Below are positions 38,871 through 50,706 of a DNA stretch of 64,000 nt, piece after piece (the stretch's first letter is position 1; each line of letters begins with the position of its first letter). The position numbers and the translations under genes are program-made. The notes beneath the pieces are model-generated. The model had not been told where the DNA came from. It made no database searches and saw only the letters and a program-made list of their open reading frames with translations. Source of the DNA: Octopus sinensis (taxonomy: Eukaryota); assembly GCF_006345805.1 (NCBI RefSeq), contig NC_042997.1, positions 192,882,001 through 192,946,000 on the forward strand, written 5' to 3'.

Positions 38871-39324
38871 ACATTATTCTGCTTAGCGAAGGCATCTGGA
38901 AAATGTAACTGCTGTCACTCATAGAAAAACTATTGTTTTAGCATGAGAAAAGCGCTGTTGAAATATTAAGTGAAATTTGGCGATTGAGGATCGAATCCAC
39001 GCTGTGCCTGCATGAAGCCACTACATATGTGTGTGTGTGGGGGGGGGGGGTGAAGGCGCGTGGCTCAGTGGTTAGAGCGTCGAGCTTACGATCGTGAGGT
39101 TGTGAGTTCGATTCATGTGTTCTTAATCAAGACACTTTATTTCGCATTGATCCAGTATACTCCTCTGTAGAAATGAGTTGCGACATCACTGGTGCCAAGT
39201 TGTATTAAACTTTGCCTTTCCCTTGGATAACATCAGTGGTGTGGAGAGATGAGGCCGGTATGCACGGGCGAAACACTGATTTATATATATATATATATAT
39301 ACATACACACACACGCGCGCGCAC

Positions 39325-39432
<108 letters not shown>

Positions 39433-40007
39433 CACTCTAATTAGGAATACTTATGCGGCAGGAGAAGACATTAGTATTTTAATTATTTCTCTATAAAATA
39501 AAGTACAAGTCAAGCACTGAGGGCGCTTTAATCGATCATACCCTCGTTTAAAATTTGCGGGCCTTTTAATAATTTTTGTGAGTAGGGGAAACAACGCATG
39601 ACATGTTTCGGTATTATTGGACCAGTTTAGCGAAATATAGATTTCACGGTAGTTGCTGATATAATGATATGAGTATTAATAAGGTCACTGAAGAGTTAGT
39701 GTCTTAACCGTTAACTTTTGTATAGCAGGTGATAGATACTCCTTATCTCACTGAAATTTCTGTCACTGACCTATTCAAATTATTTCCTTAAAAATTAATG
39801 TTTCTCATAAAGGGAGCAAGGCTCCATTATAACTGTATGTAGTGGGGAGCAGTGAGGATTGAAAATGATTTCAAATTTTGGCACAGGGCCATCAGTTTTT
39901 GAGAGGAGGGGCAAGTTAATTGCATCGACCTCAGTACTTGACTGGTACTTACTTTATCGATCCCAAAAGGACGAAAGGCAAAGTCGATCGAGAATTGAAA
40001 ATGGTTT

Positions 40008-40435
40008 TGTAGTGATGCTACAGTGTAGGGTTCGGCGCGCATGCGCAGAATGGGACTACTTCCGGGTGGCCACCGGAAGTCTTCCCCATGCGCATGTGCG
40101 GGAAAACATCTCTCGAGCCCGCGAACCTCAAATCTCTCTCTTCGGCTCAAGACAGCACTGCGATCGGTCACGGTTTCCCTGGCTCTGACAGCCACACACC
40201 AGCTTCAACCAACTTCAACCAACTTCAACCAACCTCAACGACCAACACCAGCAGTATCTCAGAGGCTGTCTATTCCCCCATCAGACAACGTACAACCATG
40301 AATCAATAAACCAAGTTGTCTGTTCACCTTTAACCTGAGTTTCGTCTGTTTGTTTTCTACAAGAATTTTTGTATGTGACTAGAAAGGATCTCGACACCCT
40401 GCCAGTGCTTCGATGATAGATCCTTTCACGTTACA
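40008..40435 (+). repeat. 5' LTR (428 bp)
   Basis: Begins TGTAGTGATGC and ends CACGTTACA; AATAAA at ~40305; differs from the 3' LTR only by two 1-bp indels seen by eye. Confidence 0.96.
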
Positions 40436-40437
40436 AT

Positions 40438-40447
40438 TGGTGACCCC
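40438..40447 (+). promoter_or_regulatory. Primer-binding site complementary to the 3' end of tRNA-Trp
   Basis: TGGTGACCCC, 2 nt after the LTR, is the reverse complement of GGGGTCACCA (metazoan tRNA-Trp 3' end). Confidence 0.85.
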
Positions 40448-40815
40448 TAGTTGAAAAAAAGAACAGGATAGAAGAAGACACAGCGAACAGGTTTTTTTTT
40501 GGGGCCGAAGAGCGCGGAAATTCACATTTATTTTCCTATTTTCTCCTTTTCAGCACGGCGAGGTGGGTCAAATAACCTTATTCATCGCACACAGTACAAA
40601 AAAAAAAAGAAAAAAAAAAAAGAAAACACACACACATTCATTTTTTTCCTTTCTGTATTTTGTTTTCCTTGTACACACTTATTCCTTTTTTTTTGCTACC
40701 CACGAGGTGCACACACAAACACAGTTTTGAATTGCCTTCTCGGTTCCACGTGTTCTCTCTCCATTTCTCGACCATACCTCCTGCCCCCTTCTCACAGACT
40801 CCTTCCGACAAAGGC

Positions 40816-41298
40816 ATGGCTTCAGGTTTGCCTTCATTTACGGGGGATATGGGTCTGTGGTTTGCCCAAGTGGAGTGGTATTTTGATGCACATGCCATTT
40901 CTCCACAGCAGCAGTTGCACCTGCTACATTCCGGCTTACATCCCCGACTCGCCGCATCGATCAGGGATCTAATAATAAGTCCCCACCCGGATGCCACATA
41001 CGCGTCTGTGAAAGCAGAAATCCTCCGCCGCAACACACGTTCGGGGGAGAGCAATATTCAGATTGCCACGATGGCCGATGGAATACTGGAATTTCCGAAT
41101 CCATCTCCATCGCGAGGCCTCTGTGCATGTATAGGGGGCCCTGCGCAAATTTCACTAACCGAGCGGATTGATGCGCTCACGCGGCGAATCGACGATCTAT
41201 CCCGTGCGATCGAGCGCCGACAACGCAGTCGTAGTCGCTCTGTCAAAAGGGCAGATCGGTGCACCCAGCCGTGCACTTTCAAGCCCTCGGAAAACTAA
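40816..41298 (+). CDS. gag: Retrotransposon Gag, short (160 aa)
   Basis: MASGLPSFTGDMGLWFAQVEWYF..IRDLII..Y..VKAEIL (gypsy Gag N-terminal type), RSRSRS basic tract, ends CTQPCTFKPSEN*. Confidence 0.85.
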   Translation: MASGLPSFTGDMGLWFAQVEWYFDAHAISPQQQLHLLHSGLHPRLAASIRDLIISPHPDATYASVKAEILRRNTRSGESNIQIATMADGILEFPNPSPSRGLCACIGGPAQISLTERIDALTRRIDDLSRAIERRQRSRSRSVKRADRCTQPCTFKPSEN

Positions 41299-44200
41299 GT
41301 CCGGAGGAGGTGAGCACGTCACCTTCTTCCATCGCCATTCCCAAAAATCGTGCAGTTTTTGTAAAAGATCTGGTGTCGGAGAAATTCTTCATGGTAGACA
41401 CCGGCTCCTGTTGCAGCATCTGGCCCCTTCGTCTGGCTGCAGACAAGCCGAAGCGCTCTTCGATTGTCTTGCATGCTATTGACTCGTCTCCCATAACCAC
41501 TTACGGTCAGATTTCGCTGCGCCTCAACCTCAACCTTCGTCGAGACTTTCGATGGGTTTTCGTCATCGCTGACATCCCGCATCCTATTCTCGGCGCTGAT
41601 TTCCTGGATAGGTTTAACCTATTGGTGGATGTCAGGCGTCGGAGGCTTCTTGATAGCACGACGTCGCTCTCTACACCGACTGGGAGTTCCACCACTGCGG
41701 TCCTTAGCCCGACATTCTTTGTTGCCACCTCTGGAGACCCTTTTCACTCTCTTTTGGTTTCATTTCCGGAGCTAGTGGACATTGCCTTTAAACCGGAAAA
41801 TCCCACCCACTCGACCCTCCATTTCATCACCACCAATGGGCCACCTGTATTCTCACGCCCCCGGCGCCTAGCGCCAGACCGACTTAAAACGGCCAGAGCC
41901 GAGTTTGAGCACATGCTTCAACTTGGCATTATACGCCCCTCCACCAGCCCATGGGCATCTCCCCTTCATTTGGCGCGAAAGGGCGAGTCTGATTTTCGCC
42001 CGGTTGGAGACTATCGACGCCTCAATGCCGTCACAATAGCCGATCGCTATCCGATTAGAAATCTCCGGGACTTACAGCAAATCTCCATGGTTGTACCATT
42101 TTTTCGAAGGTCGATCTGATACGCGCTTACCACCAAATACCGGTCAACCCAGCCGACGTTCCAAAAACTGCAATCACTACCCCGTTTGGGTGTTTTGAGT
42201 TTTTGTACATGAGTTTCGGTTTGCGGAATGCTACTAGCACCTTCCAGCGTTTCATTGATGAGGTTGTCCGCGGTCTTGATTTTGTGTTTGCCTATGTCGA
42301 TGACATACTCATTGCGAGCGACACACGAGAAAATCATCTCCGGCACCTTTCTCAACTCTTCCAGCGTCTTCGCGCGTATAGCATACGCATAAACCCCGAC
42401 AAGTGTGTTTTCGGACGCTCTTCCCTAGATTTTCTAGGGCATCATATTGATTCGACTGGAATCAGCCCCCTCTCGTCAAAAGTCGATGCCATTCAACGCA
42501 TCGCACCCCCCACTTCCTTGCGCCAGCTCAGGCATTATCTAGGGATGGTCAATTTCTACCGACGCTTCATTCCCGGTTGTGCAGATAAGCTGCTACCTCT
42601 CACCAGGCTGTTAAAGGACTCTCCTAGAAAGGACAGTCAAGTCACCCTCTCTGTTGAGGCAGTGACAGCCTTTGAGTCCATTAAGAAGGAGCTGGCTTCT
42701 GTTTCTTTGCTTGCACATCCAGTTCCTGGTGCTTCTCTCTCTTTGACTGTGGACGCATCGGACACTGCCATTGGCGCTGTGTTACAACACACAGTGGATG
42801 ACCATGTTCGACCTCTAGCCTTCTTTTCCCGTCAACTGCAACCAGCTGAACGACGATACAGCACCTTTGATCGTGAGCTCCTAGCGATCTATCTGTCGGT
42901 TCGTCATTTCCAGCATCAACTTGAAGGGCGAGATTTTGTGATCTATACGGATCACAAGCCCCTTACGTTTGCCCTGTTTTCAAAAACGGACAAACTCTCA
43001 CCCCGTGCTTTTCGGCACCTGGATTTTATCTCTCAATTTACTAGCAACATTCGACACATACCTGGAAAAGAGAACGTTCCTGCTGACGCTCTCTCTCGCC
43101 TTCCAGTTTGCGCCCTTTCGTCTCCTGCTGCTATCGACTTAGCTGCCATATCGCAGGAGCAGCCACCTTTGGCGTCGTTAGATTTAACTTCTCCCAAGTT
43201 CTCCTGTTGCCAGTTTTCCTACCTTCCGCTTCCGTCAGCCGAAGGCACCATTCTTTGTGACACTTCAACTGGATCTCCCAGGCCACTGGTGCCTGAGACC
43301 CATCAACGCTCAGTGTTTGAAGCACTGCACTCCTTATCACATCCTGGCATCGCTGCCACCCTCAAACTAATCACTGCTCGGTTTTTCTGGCCGAATATGC
43401 GTCGCACAATTACTTGTTGGACACGCACCTGCTCCAAGTGTCAACGATCCAAGATTCAACGGCACGTTCGTGCCCCGCTTGGACAATTTCCCCCCACGGA
43501 GGCCCGTTTTCGCCATGTCCACATCGATCTGGTTGGACCATGGCCTGTGAGTCGCGGGTTCTCTTATCTATTAACTTGTGTCGATCGTTTCTCCCGCTGG
43601 CCAGAAGCCATTCCGATAGCAGACATTTCTGCTGAGACTGTTGCGCGAGCTTTCGTTTCAAACTGGATTTCTCGTTTCGGAGTCCCGTCCCGATTGACAA
43701 CTGATCGTGGACGACAGTTTGAGGCCTCGCTATTTCGCGAATTGTCGCGAATTTTGGGTATGCACCATATCCACACCACAAGCTACCATCCAGCGTCTAA
43801 TGGATTGGTTGAGCGGTTCCATAGACAGCTCAAGGCCGCTCTTCGTGCCTCTTCGGACCCACAGTCCTGGATCGAATTTCTGCCCATTGTGCTTCTCGGC
43901 TGTCGGACTGCTGTCAAGGCAGACCTGGGGTTTTCTGCTGCAGAGCTGCTGTATGGTACCACACTGGCATTGCCCGGTACGATGTTGGTGCCAGACACTT
44001 CCCCGCCCCATGATCCGGCGACCTATGTCACCAGACTGCGGGAATATTTTTCAAACCTTCCGCCCATGCTTCCCAGAAAGCAATCTCCACCGTCCCATCT
44101 TCCACCGGATATGAACACCTGGTCGCATGTTTTTGTTCGGGACGATTCTGTGAAGGGCCCACTTGTTTCTCCCTATAAAGGACCTTTTCGTGTGCTTTCT

Positions 44201-44518
44201 CGCACACCAAAGGTTTTCACGATTGAGATAAATGGTCGTTCGGAGACCGTTTCCGTGGACCGTTTAAAAAAGGCACATTTTGAGACGTCTTCATCTTTTG
44301 ATGACAACCTTGACACACCCACCTATGCACCTTTAACAACGCCTTCACCTGCACAAACGCCTTCACCTGCACAAACGCCTTCACCTGCACAATCACCTTC
44401 ACCGGCTCCTACAACACCACCCTCGCCGTCAACGGGTGCCCCGAGCACACCGTATGTTACAAAATCGGGCAGAACAGTGCATTGGCCCAAGAAACTTTCA
44501 AAAACAATTTACATTTAA
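41259..44518 (+). pseudogene. pol: Retrotransposon Pol (PR-RT-RNaseH-IN) with one 1-bp frameshift at ~42072
   Basis: Protease VDTGS; RT SPWASPLH, GDYRRLN, FGLRNA, YVDD; RNase[19 protein letters not shown]; [35 protein letters not shown]. Adding one T at gactt^aca restores [28 protein letters not shown] and joins ORFs 41259-42119 and 42203-44518. Confidence 0.93.
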
Positions 44519-44644
44519 CTTTAAAATGTTTCTTATTGTATAATAGTATGTACCAAGTCTTCTGGGGGATCGGCAAGCCTTCTGTTTCTCTGCAGCACCA
44601 CCACAATATTCTGGTTGCCGTACTTCGCACTCGGAGGGGAGCCC

Positions 44645-45070
44645 TGTAGTGATGCTACAGTGTAGGGTTCGGCGCGCATGCGCAGAATGGGACTACTTCC
44701 GGGTGGCCACCGGAAGTCTTCCCCATGCGCATGTGCGGGAAAACATCTCTCGAGCCCGCGAACCTCAAATCTCTCTCTTCGGCTCAAGACAGCACTGCGA
44801 TCGGTCACGGTTTCCCTGGCTCTGACAGCCACACACCACTTCAACCAACTTCAACCAACTTCAACCACCTCAACGACCAACACCAGCAGTATCTCAGAGG
44901 CTGTCTATTCCCCCATCAGACAACGTACAACCATGAATCAATAAACCAAGTTGTCTGTTCACCTTTAACCTGAGTTTCGTCTGTTTGTTTTCTACAAGAA
45001 TTTTTGTATGTGACTAGAAAGGATCTCGACACCCTGCCAGTGCTTCGATGATAGATCCTTTCACGTTACA
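44645..45070 (+). repeat. 3' LTR (426 bp)
   Basis: Near-identical copy of 40008-40435, preceded by the PPT. Confidence 0.96.
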
Positions 45071-45731
45071 GTTTCAAATTTTGGCACAGGCCATAGTTTT
45101 TGAGAAGTGGGGGGTAAATTAATTGCATCGATCCCAAAAGGATGAAAGGCAAAGTCGACCTTGGCGAAATCTTTACTCAGAACGCCAAGACGGACGAGAT
45201 GTCGTGAAGCATTTTGTCCGGCTTGCTAACGATTCTGCCATCTCGCCAATTTAGTGAGGATTGAAAATACGGCGAACAAATATTTAAAATAAATAAAGAT
45301 GGTTTCCAACTTTTAAAACTCTTCAAACACCTTGATGCAGAAGGAAGAACTATATGACTACAAAATCTATTTAGTTATTTCATTCATAAAGTTGCGAAAA
45401 AATGTCATAAATTTTCATTAATATTTGGTGGAGAGGAGATTATATATGTCGCATTAGGAATAATATATTGTTATATTTCGTTTTTGGATTTTGTTTGCAA
45501 GATTCTTTATATGAGTTCGTATGTTGAAGAAAATTACTCGCCCCAGACACAACAGAATATCGATATATTTTCACCACTTTTGTAATTAACTCCCCTGAAA
45601 ACACCTCTCTAACAGCATCTGCAGTTGTCAGGGTGACCAAGTAAATCTCTCCCACCCTCTCTAATTACGTTCTGTTATGAAGTGAAAAACTTATTTTGCA
45701 ACGCACCCCAAGGCGATAAAGTTAACAAACA

Positions 45732-45785
45732 ATGGCTACAATACAGATTAAAGAGGGGGAATTCACCTCAACAATTTATGGGCAT
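45732..45785 (+). CDS. TTC30: IFT70 exon 1
   Basis: MATIQIKEGEFTSTIYGH; donor gtaagt. Confidence 0.9.
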
Positions 45786-48700
45786 GTAAGTTATTGGTTC
45801 CCATTATTTATTTGATATTTTTGAAATACTTGTTTTCCGAACTTTTTCCCCAACAACAACGTCCCCTCACACCGCAAGTCATGTAAATTAGATAAAATTT
45901 GCTTGCTTATTTTCCCCTTTAGAACTTTATTTTATGAATATTGCTGGCCCATTGTATGTCAGTTTAAAAAAAATTAAGAATTTCGCCACATAAAAAAAAG
46001 GCTGCCAGACTGAAAGCAAACAGTAAAACAAGACGAAAGCAGAACACTATTTCCATTTATTTTTTGTTTTCTGTTCTAACTTCATGTTCTCAGTAAATAT
46101 CACAGCTCTTGTGCTTAAAATGATTAAATTTCATTCCGTTTCTAGGAACTAAAAATACACTACACTCCAAATTGTTGCTTCACTCCAGAGAATAATTTGT
46201 TCTTTATTTACAGGCAAGTTGTCACAGAGCATCGCGTTAGTTACAATCAAACTAAGGTTTTTGACCTTATCTATAGAAGTATATTTTCTACAAAGTTAAG
46301 GAAAGTTTATTATTGATTTTTGTTCCTTAATTAATTTTATTTTTCACTTATTTAATTAGCCAATGACAACTTACCCCGTTATTGATCTGTCATTGATTTC
46401 TATTCATTTCTGTTGTGCGTTGTTTTTGTTCTTTAGCTACAAGTCGGCCTGATTGAAGTAAGGTATTCCGGCCATGATTACCTCACCTGCTTTTTTTTCT
46501 TTTCCTTTTTTAAGCAGTGTTTCCTGAACTATGTTAAAAATATACCCTTTTTTTAAACGATAAAGTTGGTTTGAAGGAGATTTTGTAGCTATTTCTAGCA
46601 AGTCAAAAGACTACACAGAGTCCCTTGTTGGCTTTTTAATAATTTAATTGTCTCTGCGTTGTGGCGTAATGTATAATTTTTCTCTCGCTCGAATACCGAT
46701 AACTTTATTTTTCTATCATTAGTAAGTTAGAAGTTGTCAAAATTCCGTGAAATTCTCATTTTAATGTCTCAAACCAGACTAACTTGCAATTCATGTTAAC
46801 TAATTGGTTAAAGTTTCACCAATTCTATGTTGGTTATTTCTGGCCAGTCTCACACACTGGGTAGTTGTCCATCCACCCTGCTCTATGGGTCTCGAGGTTC
46901 ACTGCTAATCTATGTATGCTGTCAATAAACGGTGTAAGGGCTCCAGTGAATTGTTTACCTAATGTGTGTGTGTGGGGGGCTCTGTAATATTGTAATGACA
47001 GCCCAGTCTCTCAACATACAATAAACTCCCTTTTATCTAGTACTCAAAGAACCAGATTGCTCAGGCAACTAGCATCCTGAAGAAAAAAAATAAAAGAAAA
47101 TTGTTAATTAGAGTCAAGAGAAATTGTGCCAATTTCTGTTAATTAATTGTCATTAAAAGCAAGGAAGTTTGTAGTGTATCTAAAATGGATTTTGCCTTTC
47201 AGCATTTATAGTTCCTTGTATTTCATTTGGGAAATAAAGTTTGTTCTTTACTTAAATTATATTTTTATTTCTTCCTATTTCTCACATTTCTACTATATTC
47301 AGAATATTAGTTTCAAATGTTGGTACAAGGCCAGCAAATTCAGGGAAGTGGGTAAGCCGATTACATGGATCCCAGTGTTCAATTGATAATTATTTTATCG
47401 ACCCTGAAAGAATGAAAGGCAAAGTCGATCTCTGCAGAATTACAACGCAGAACGTAAAAACAGACAAAATGCTATGAAGTGTTTTGCCCAGTGTGCTAAC
47501 AACTCTGCCAGCTTGCTGCCTCCTATATCCAGAATATTAACATTAATTCATCATCGTTTAACGTCCACTTTCCATGCTACCATGGGTTGAACGATTTTGA
47601 CTGAGGGCTGGTGAACCAGATGGCTGCACCAGACTCCAATCTTGATTTGGCAGAGTTTCTACAGCTGGATGCCCTTCCTAACGCCAACCACTCTGAGAGT
47701 GTAGTGGGTGCTTTTTACGTGCCGCCGGCATGGGGGCCAGTCAGGCGGTACTGGCAACGACCTCGCTCGAATCCTTTTAGACATGCCACCGGCACAGGTG
47801 CGAGTAAGGCGACGTTGGTAACGATCACGCTCGAATGGTGCCCTTTAACGTTAATTATTTAATTTATTTATTTATGCACCCTTTTTCAAGCCTAGGCAGT
47901 CTCATGGGCCCAGTTTCCAGGTTTCTGTGGCATATGAGTTCTCCCCAGCTGGACAGGACGCCAGTCCATTGCAGCGTTGCTCAAGAAACAGGAAGAAAGA
48001 GTGAGAGAAAGTTGGGGTGAAAGAGTACAACAGGGGTCGCCACCAATCCCTGCCAGAGCCTCGTGGAGCTTTAGCTGTTTTCGCTCAATAAACACACAAC
48101 GCCCGGTCTGGGAATCGAAACTGCAATCCTCCGACTGCGAGTCCACTGCCCTAACCACTGGGCCATTGTGCCTCCATTAACATTAATACTGATGTATATA
48201 ATAGAGAGTTTTAATGTAAAGTCTATTATAGTGTAAAAAGCAATGATCAGAAATCAGGAAAATTTAGTTATCCAACAACCCTCCCGTCCCAGTGGTACCA
48301 AATAGGAAGGAGTTTACTGCAATATCCTTCATCTTTGACTATTCTTACTCAACTGACTGAAACTAATCCAAATATATCACACTGTCTCTCACAATCAAAG
48401 TACAAACCTGAAACCCAAAGTGATTCAGATACTACTGCTTTACAGTTGCTTTGGGAAATAAAAAAAAAATAACCTAAAAAACTCGGAGGAAACAATCCGT
48501 TGCTATGAAACTGGGACATTTTATACGGTTACCTGACCTACTAGAAAAAGCAGATACATACTCATTAACAAAGGTGCCACACAATGGGACTGAACCAAAA
48601 ACCATGTGGTTGGGAAGCAAACTTCTTAACGACCTTAGCCTGTGCATAATACTATGTATTAATGTATGTATGTATGTACGTACGTATGTATGTATGTACG

Positions 48701-50655
48701 TATACATGTATGTATGTATGTGATCACGTGACCGACCAGACCGTCAGATGTTGTTACACATCGCTGGTCACAATGCGCTTCGCATTGTTTTAGCCTTTGA
48801 ATGACGCCACCCCACTGGCTAAGCGGGCAGGCCAACAGAAGAAAGAGAGAAAGAGTGGTGAAAGAGTACAGCAGGGATCACCCCCCCCCCTGCCGGAGCG
48901 TCGTGGAGCTTTTAGGTGTTTTTGCTCAATAAACACTCACAACGCCCGGTCTGGGAATCGAAACCGCGATCCTACGACCGCGAGTCCGCTGCCCTAACCA
49001 CTGGGCCATTGCGCCTCCACATGTATGTATGTATCTATGTATAAAGCAGTATATTGACGCAAATAAGGCTGGAGAATAAAAAGTTTGTTTCCAAATCAGA
49101 TGGTTCCAGGTTCAGCCCCACTAGATGACAGCGTGGACAAGTTTCCATGCCTGTGCCTTAGCAACATCAACACCAGCAATTTTGTATAAATATAGAGCTG
49201 TGGAGCAGCGTATTCTGTTTTGTATAGTTAGATTTTCTTTGTTATAGTATCTACTATATTGGTTTCAGATTTTGACACAAGGCCAGCAATTTTAGGGGAG
49301 GGAGTAAGTTGATTATATCAACCCAAGTGCTGAATTGGTATTTATTTTATCAAACCTGAAAGGATGAAAGGTGAAGTCGACTGTTGCAGAATTTGAACTC
49401 AGAACATAAATACAGATGACATGCTGCTAAGCAATTTGCCCGATGTGCTAAAAGTTCTATCAGCTCACCACCTTATAGAATCCATTATATCATTCCAATG
49501 GGAATATTTTGTATTAGCTATTTCCCATACAAAATCTTTAGAGCTGGAACACTAGAGCTGTTCATTCATGTTTAGAGATGTCCTTCGTAAGTATGCACAA
49601 ACAGACATCTCAGTAATAGTCAACATATACATATTTTCAAAGTCTCTCTTGACTGGAAATGGCCTGAACTCTTTGTATGACCATCCTCCCTGTACACAAC
49701 TCCCTGTCCCCCTACATGGCCTTGCTTTTGCTTTTCGAGCCAATAAAAATTAAATTAAATTAAATTAAATTTTTCCTTTGTCTTATTTTTGTTGTTTTCT
49801 CTTTCTATTTTCCTAAGATACGTGATCAACGTTATGTAGATGCTGTGCGATTATTGAACCACCAGCTTGAAACACACCCAACTGTGAGTATAAATTTTCT
49901 GGAAAGTTATAAGATTAAAACCTTTCTACTAGCTAAAGCACATTGTTTCCACTTTCTCTGGCTTTTAGTTGCTACTTCTATTTTACCTGGGTGTATCTGT
50001 GCATCGAGAAAGTAGCATCTGCTTGGTAATTCCAATACCATTACCACACAACTTCATCGTTCTCCAATGAGTCTAGAAACTTTGATAATTAAACGATGTC
50101 AATCACCTCCACCATCATCCCTACTTCATATTAAGAGAAATGTTTGAATGTGTTTGGACATGATAAAGCCTTTCACTCCAGAAATAGACCAAGGAGAAAA
50201 TTCTCTACCTTGTCTTGTGTAAAAACATTTAACCACAACTACACAAATACATTATATTTAATTCTTTCTAGCTCTGTGGTTCTAAGCCAAATTTTTACCT
50301 CTAGACCCCTTTGATTACTATTTAATTCTGTAGAAACTCATAGCCATTCAATGCTTAAAAAGTAGTTTTATAGATTCATCTTTCAAATTCCTATTTTGTT
50401 TGTCACACCTTTACTTGTATAGGTTTGCAATAGTGTCCTCACTCAGAGAACATGTTTTAGTGGCTAGAAACATTAGAGAAAGAAACCATAGGCACAGGAG
50501 TGGCTGTGTGGTAAGTAGCTTGCTTACCAACCACATGGTTCCGGGTTCAGTCCCACGGTGTGGCACCTTGGACAAGTGTCTTCTACTATAGCCTCGGGCC
50601 GACCAAGGCCTTGTGAGTGGATTTGGTAGATGGAAACTGAAAGAAGCCCGTCGTA

Positions 50656-50706
<51 letters not shown>

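Larger units (their letters stand above)
40008..45070 (+). mobile_element. Full-length Ty3/Gypsy LTR retrotransposon, CsRN1-like
   Basis: TG..CA LTRs at 40008-40435 and 44645-45070; TSD GTTT (40004-40007 and 45071-45074); PBS TGGTGACCCC (40438-40447); PPT GGAGGGGAG (44633-44641); domain order gag, PR, RT, RH, IN. It is inserted into a SINE-like repeat (empty site gaaaatggtttcaaattttggcac). Confidence 0.97.

Noticed and set aside
39045-39110. tRNA-like sequence (tggctcagtggttagagc..gtgagttcgattc) as a tRNA gene
   Set aside because: It lacks the 3' acceptor stem and runs directly into the family D SINE body.
43131-44402. Overlapping and antisense ORFs inside pol (e.g. 43410-43781, 43707-44114)
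   Set aside because: Shadow frames of a GC-richer coding region; no independent motifs.
45440-45655. 71-aa minus-strand ORF divergent from IFT70 exon 1
   Set aside because: No recognisable homology, non-ATG start and no convincing splice partner; probably promoter DNA.
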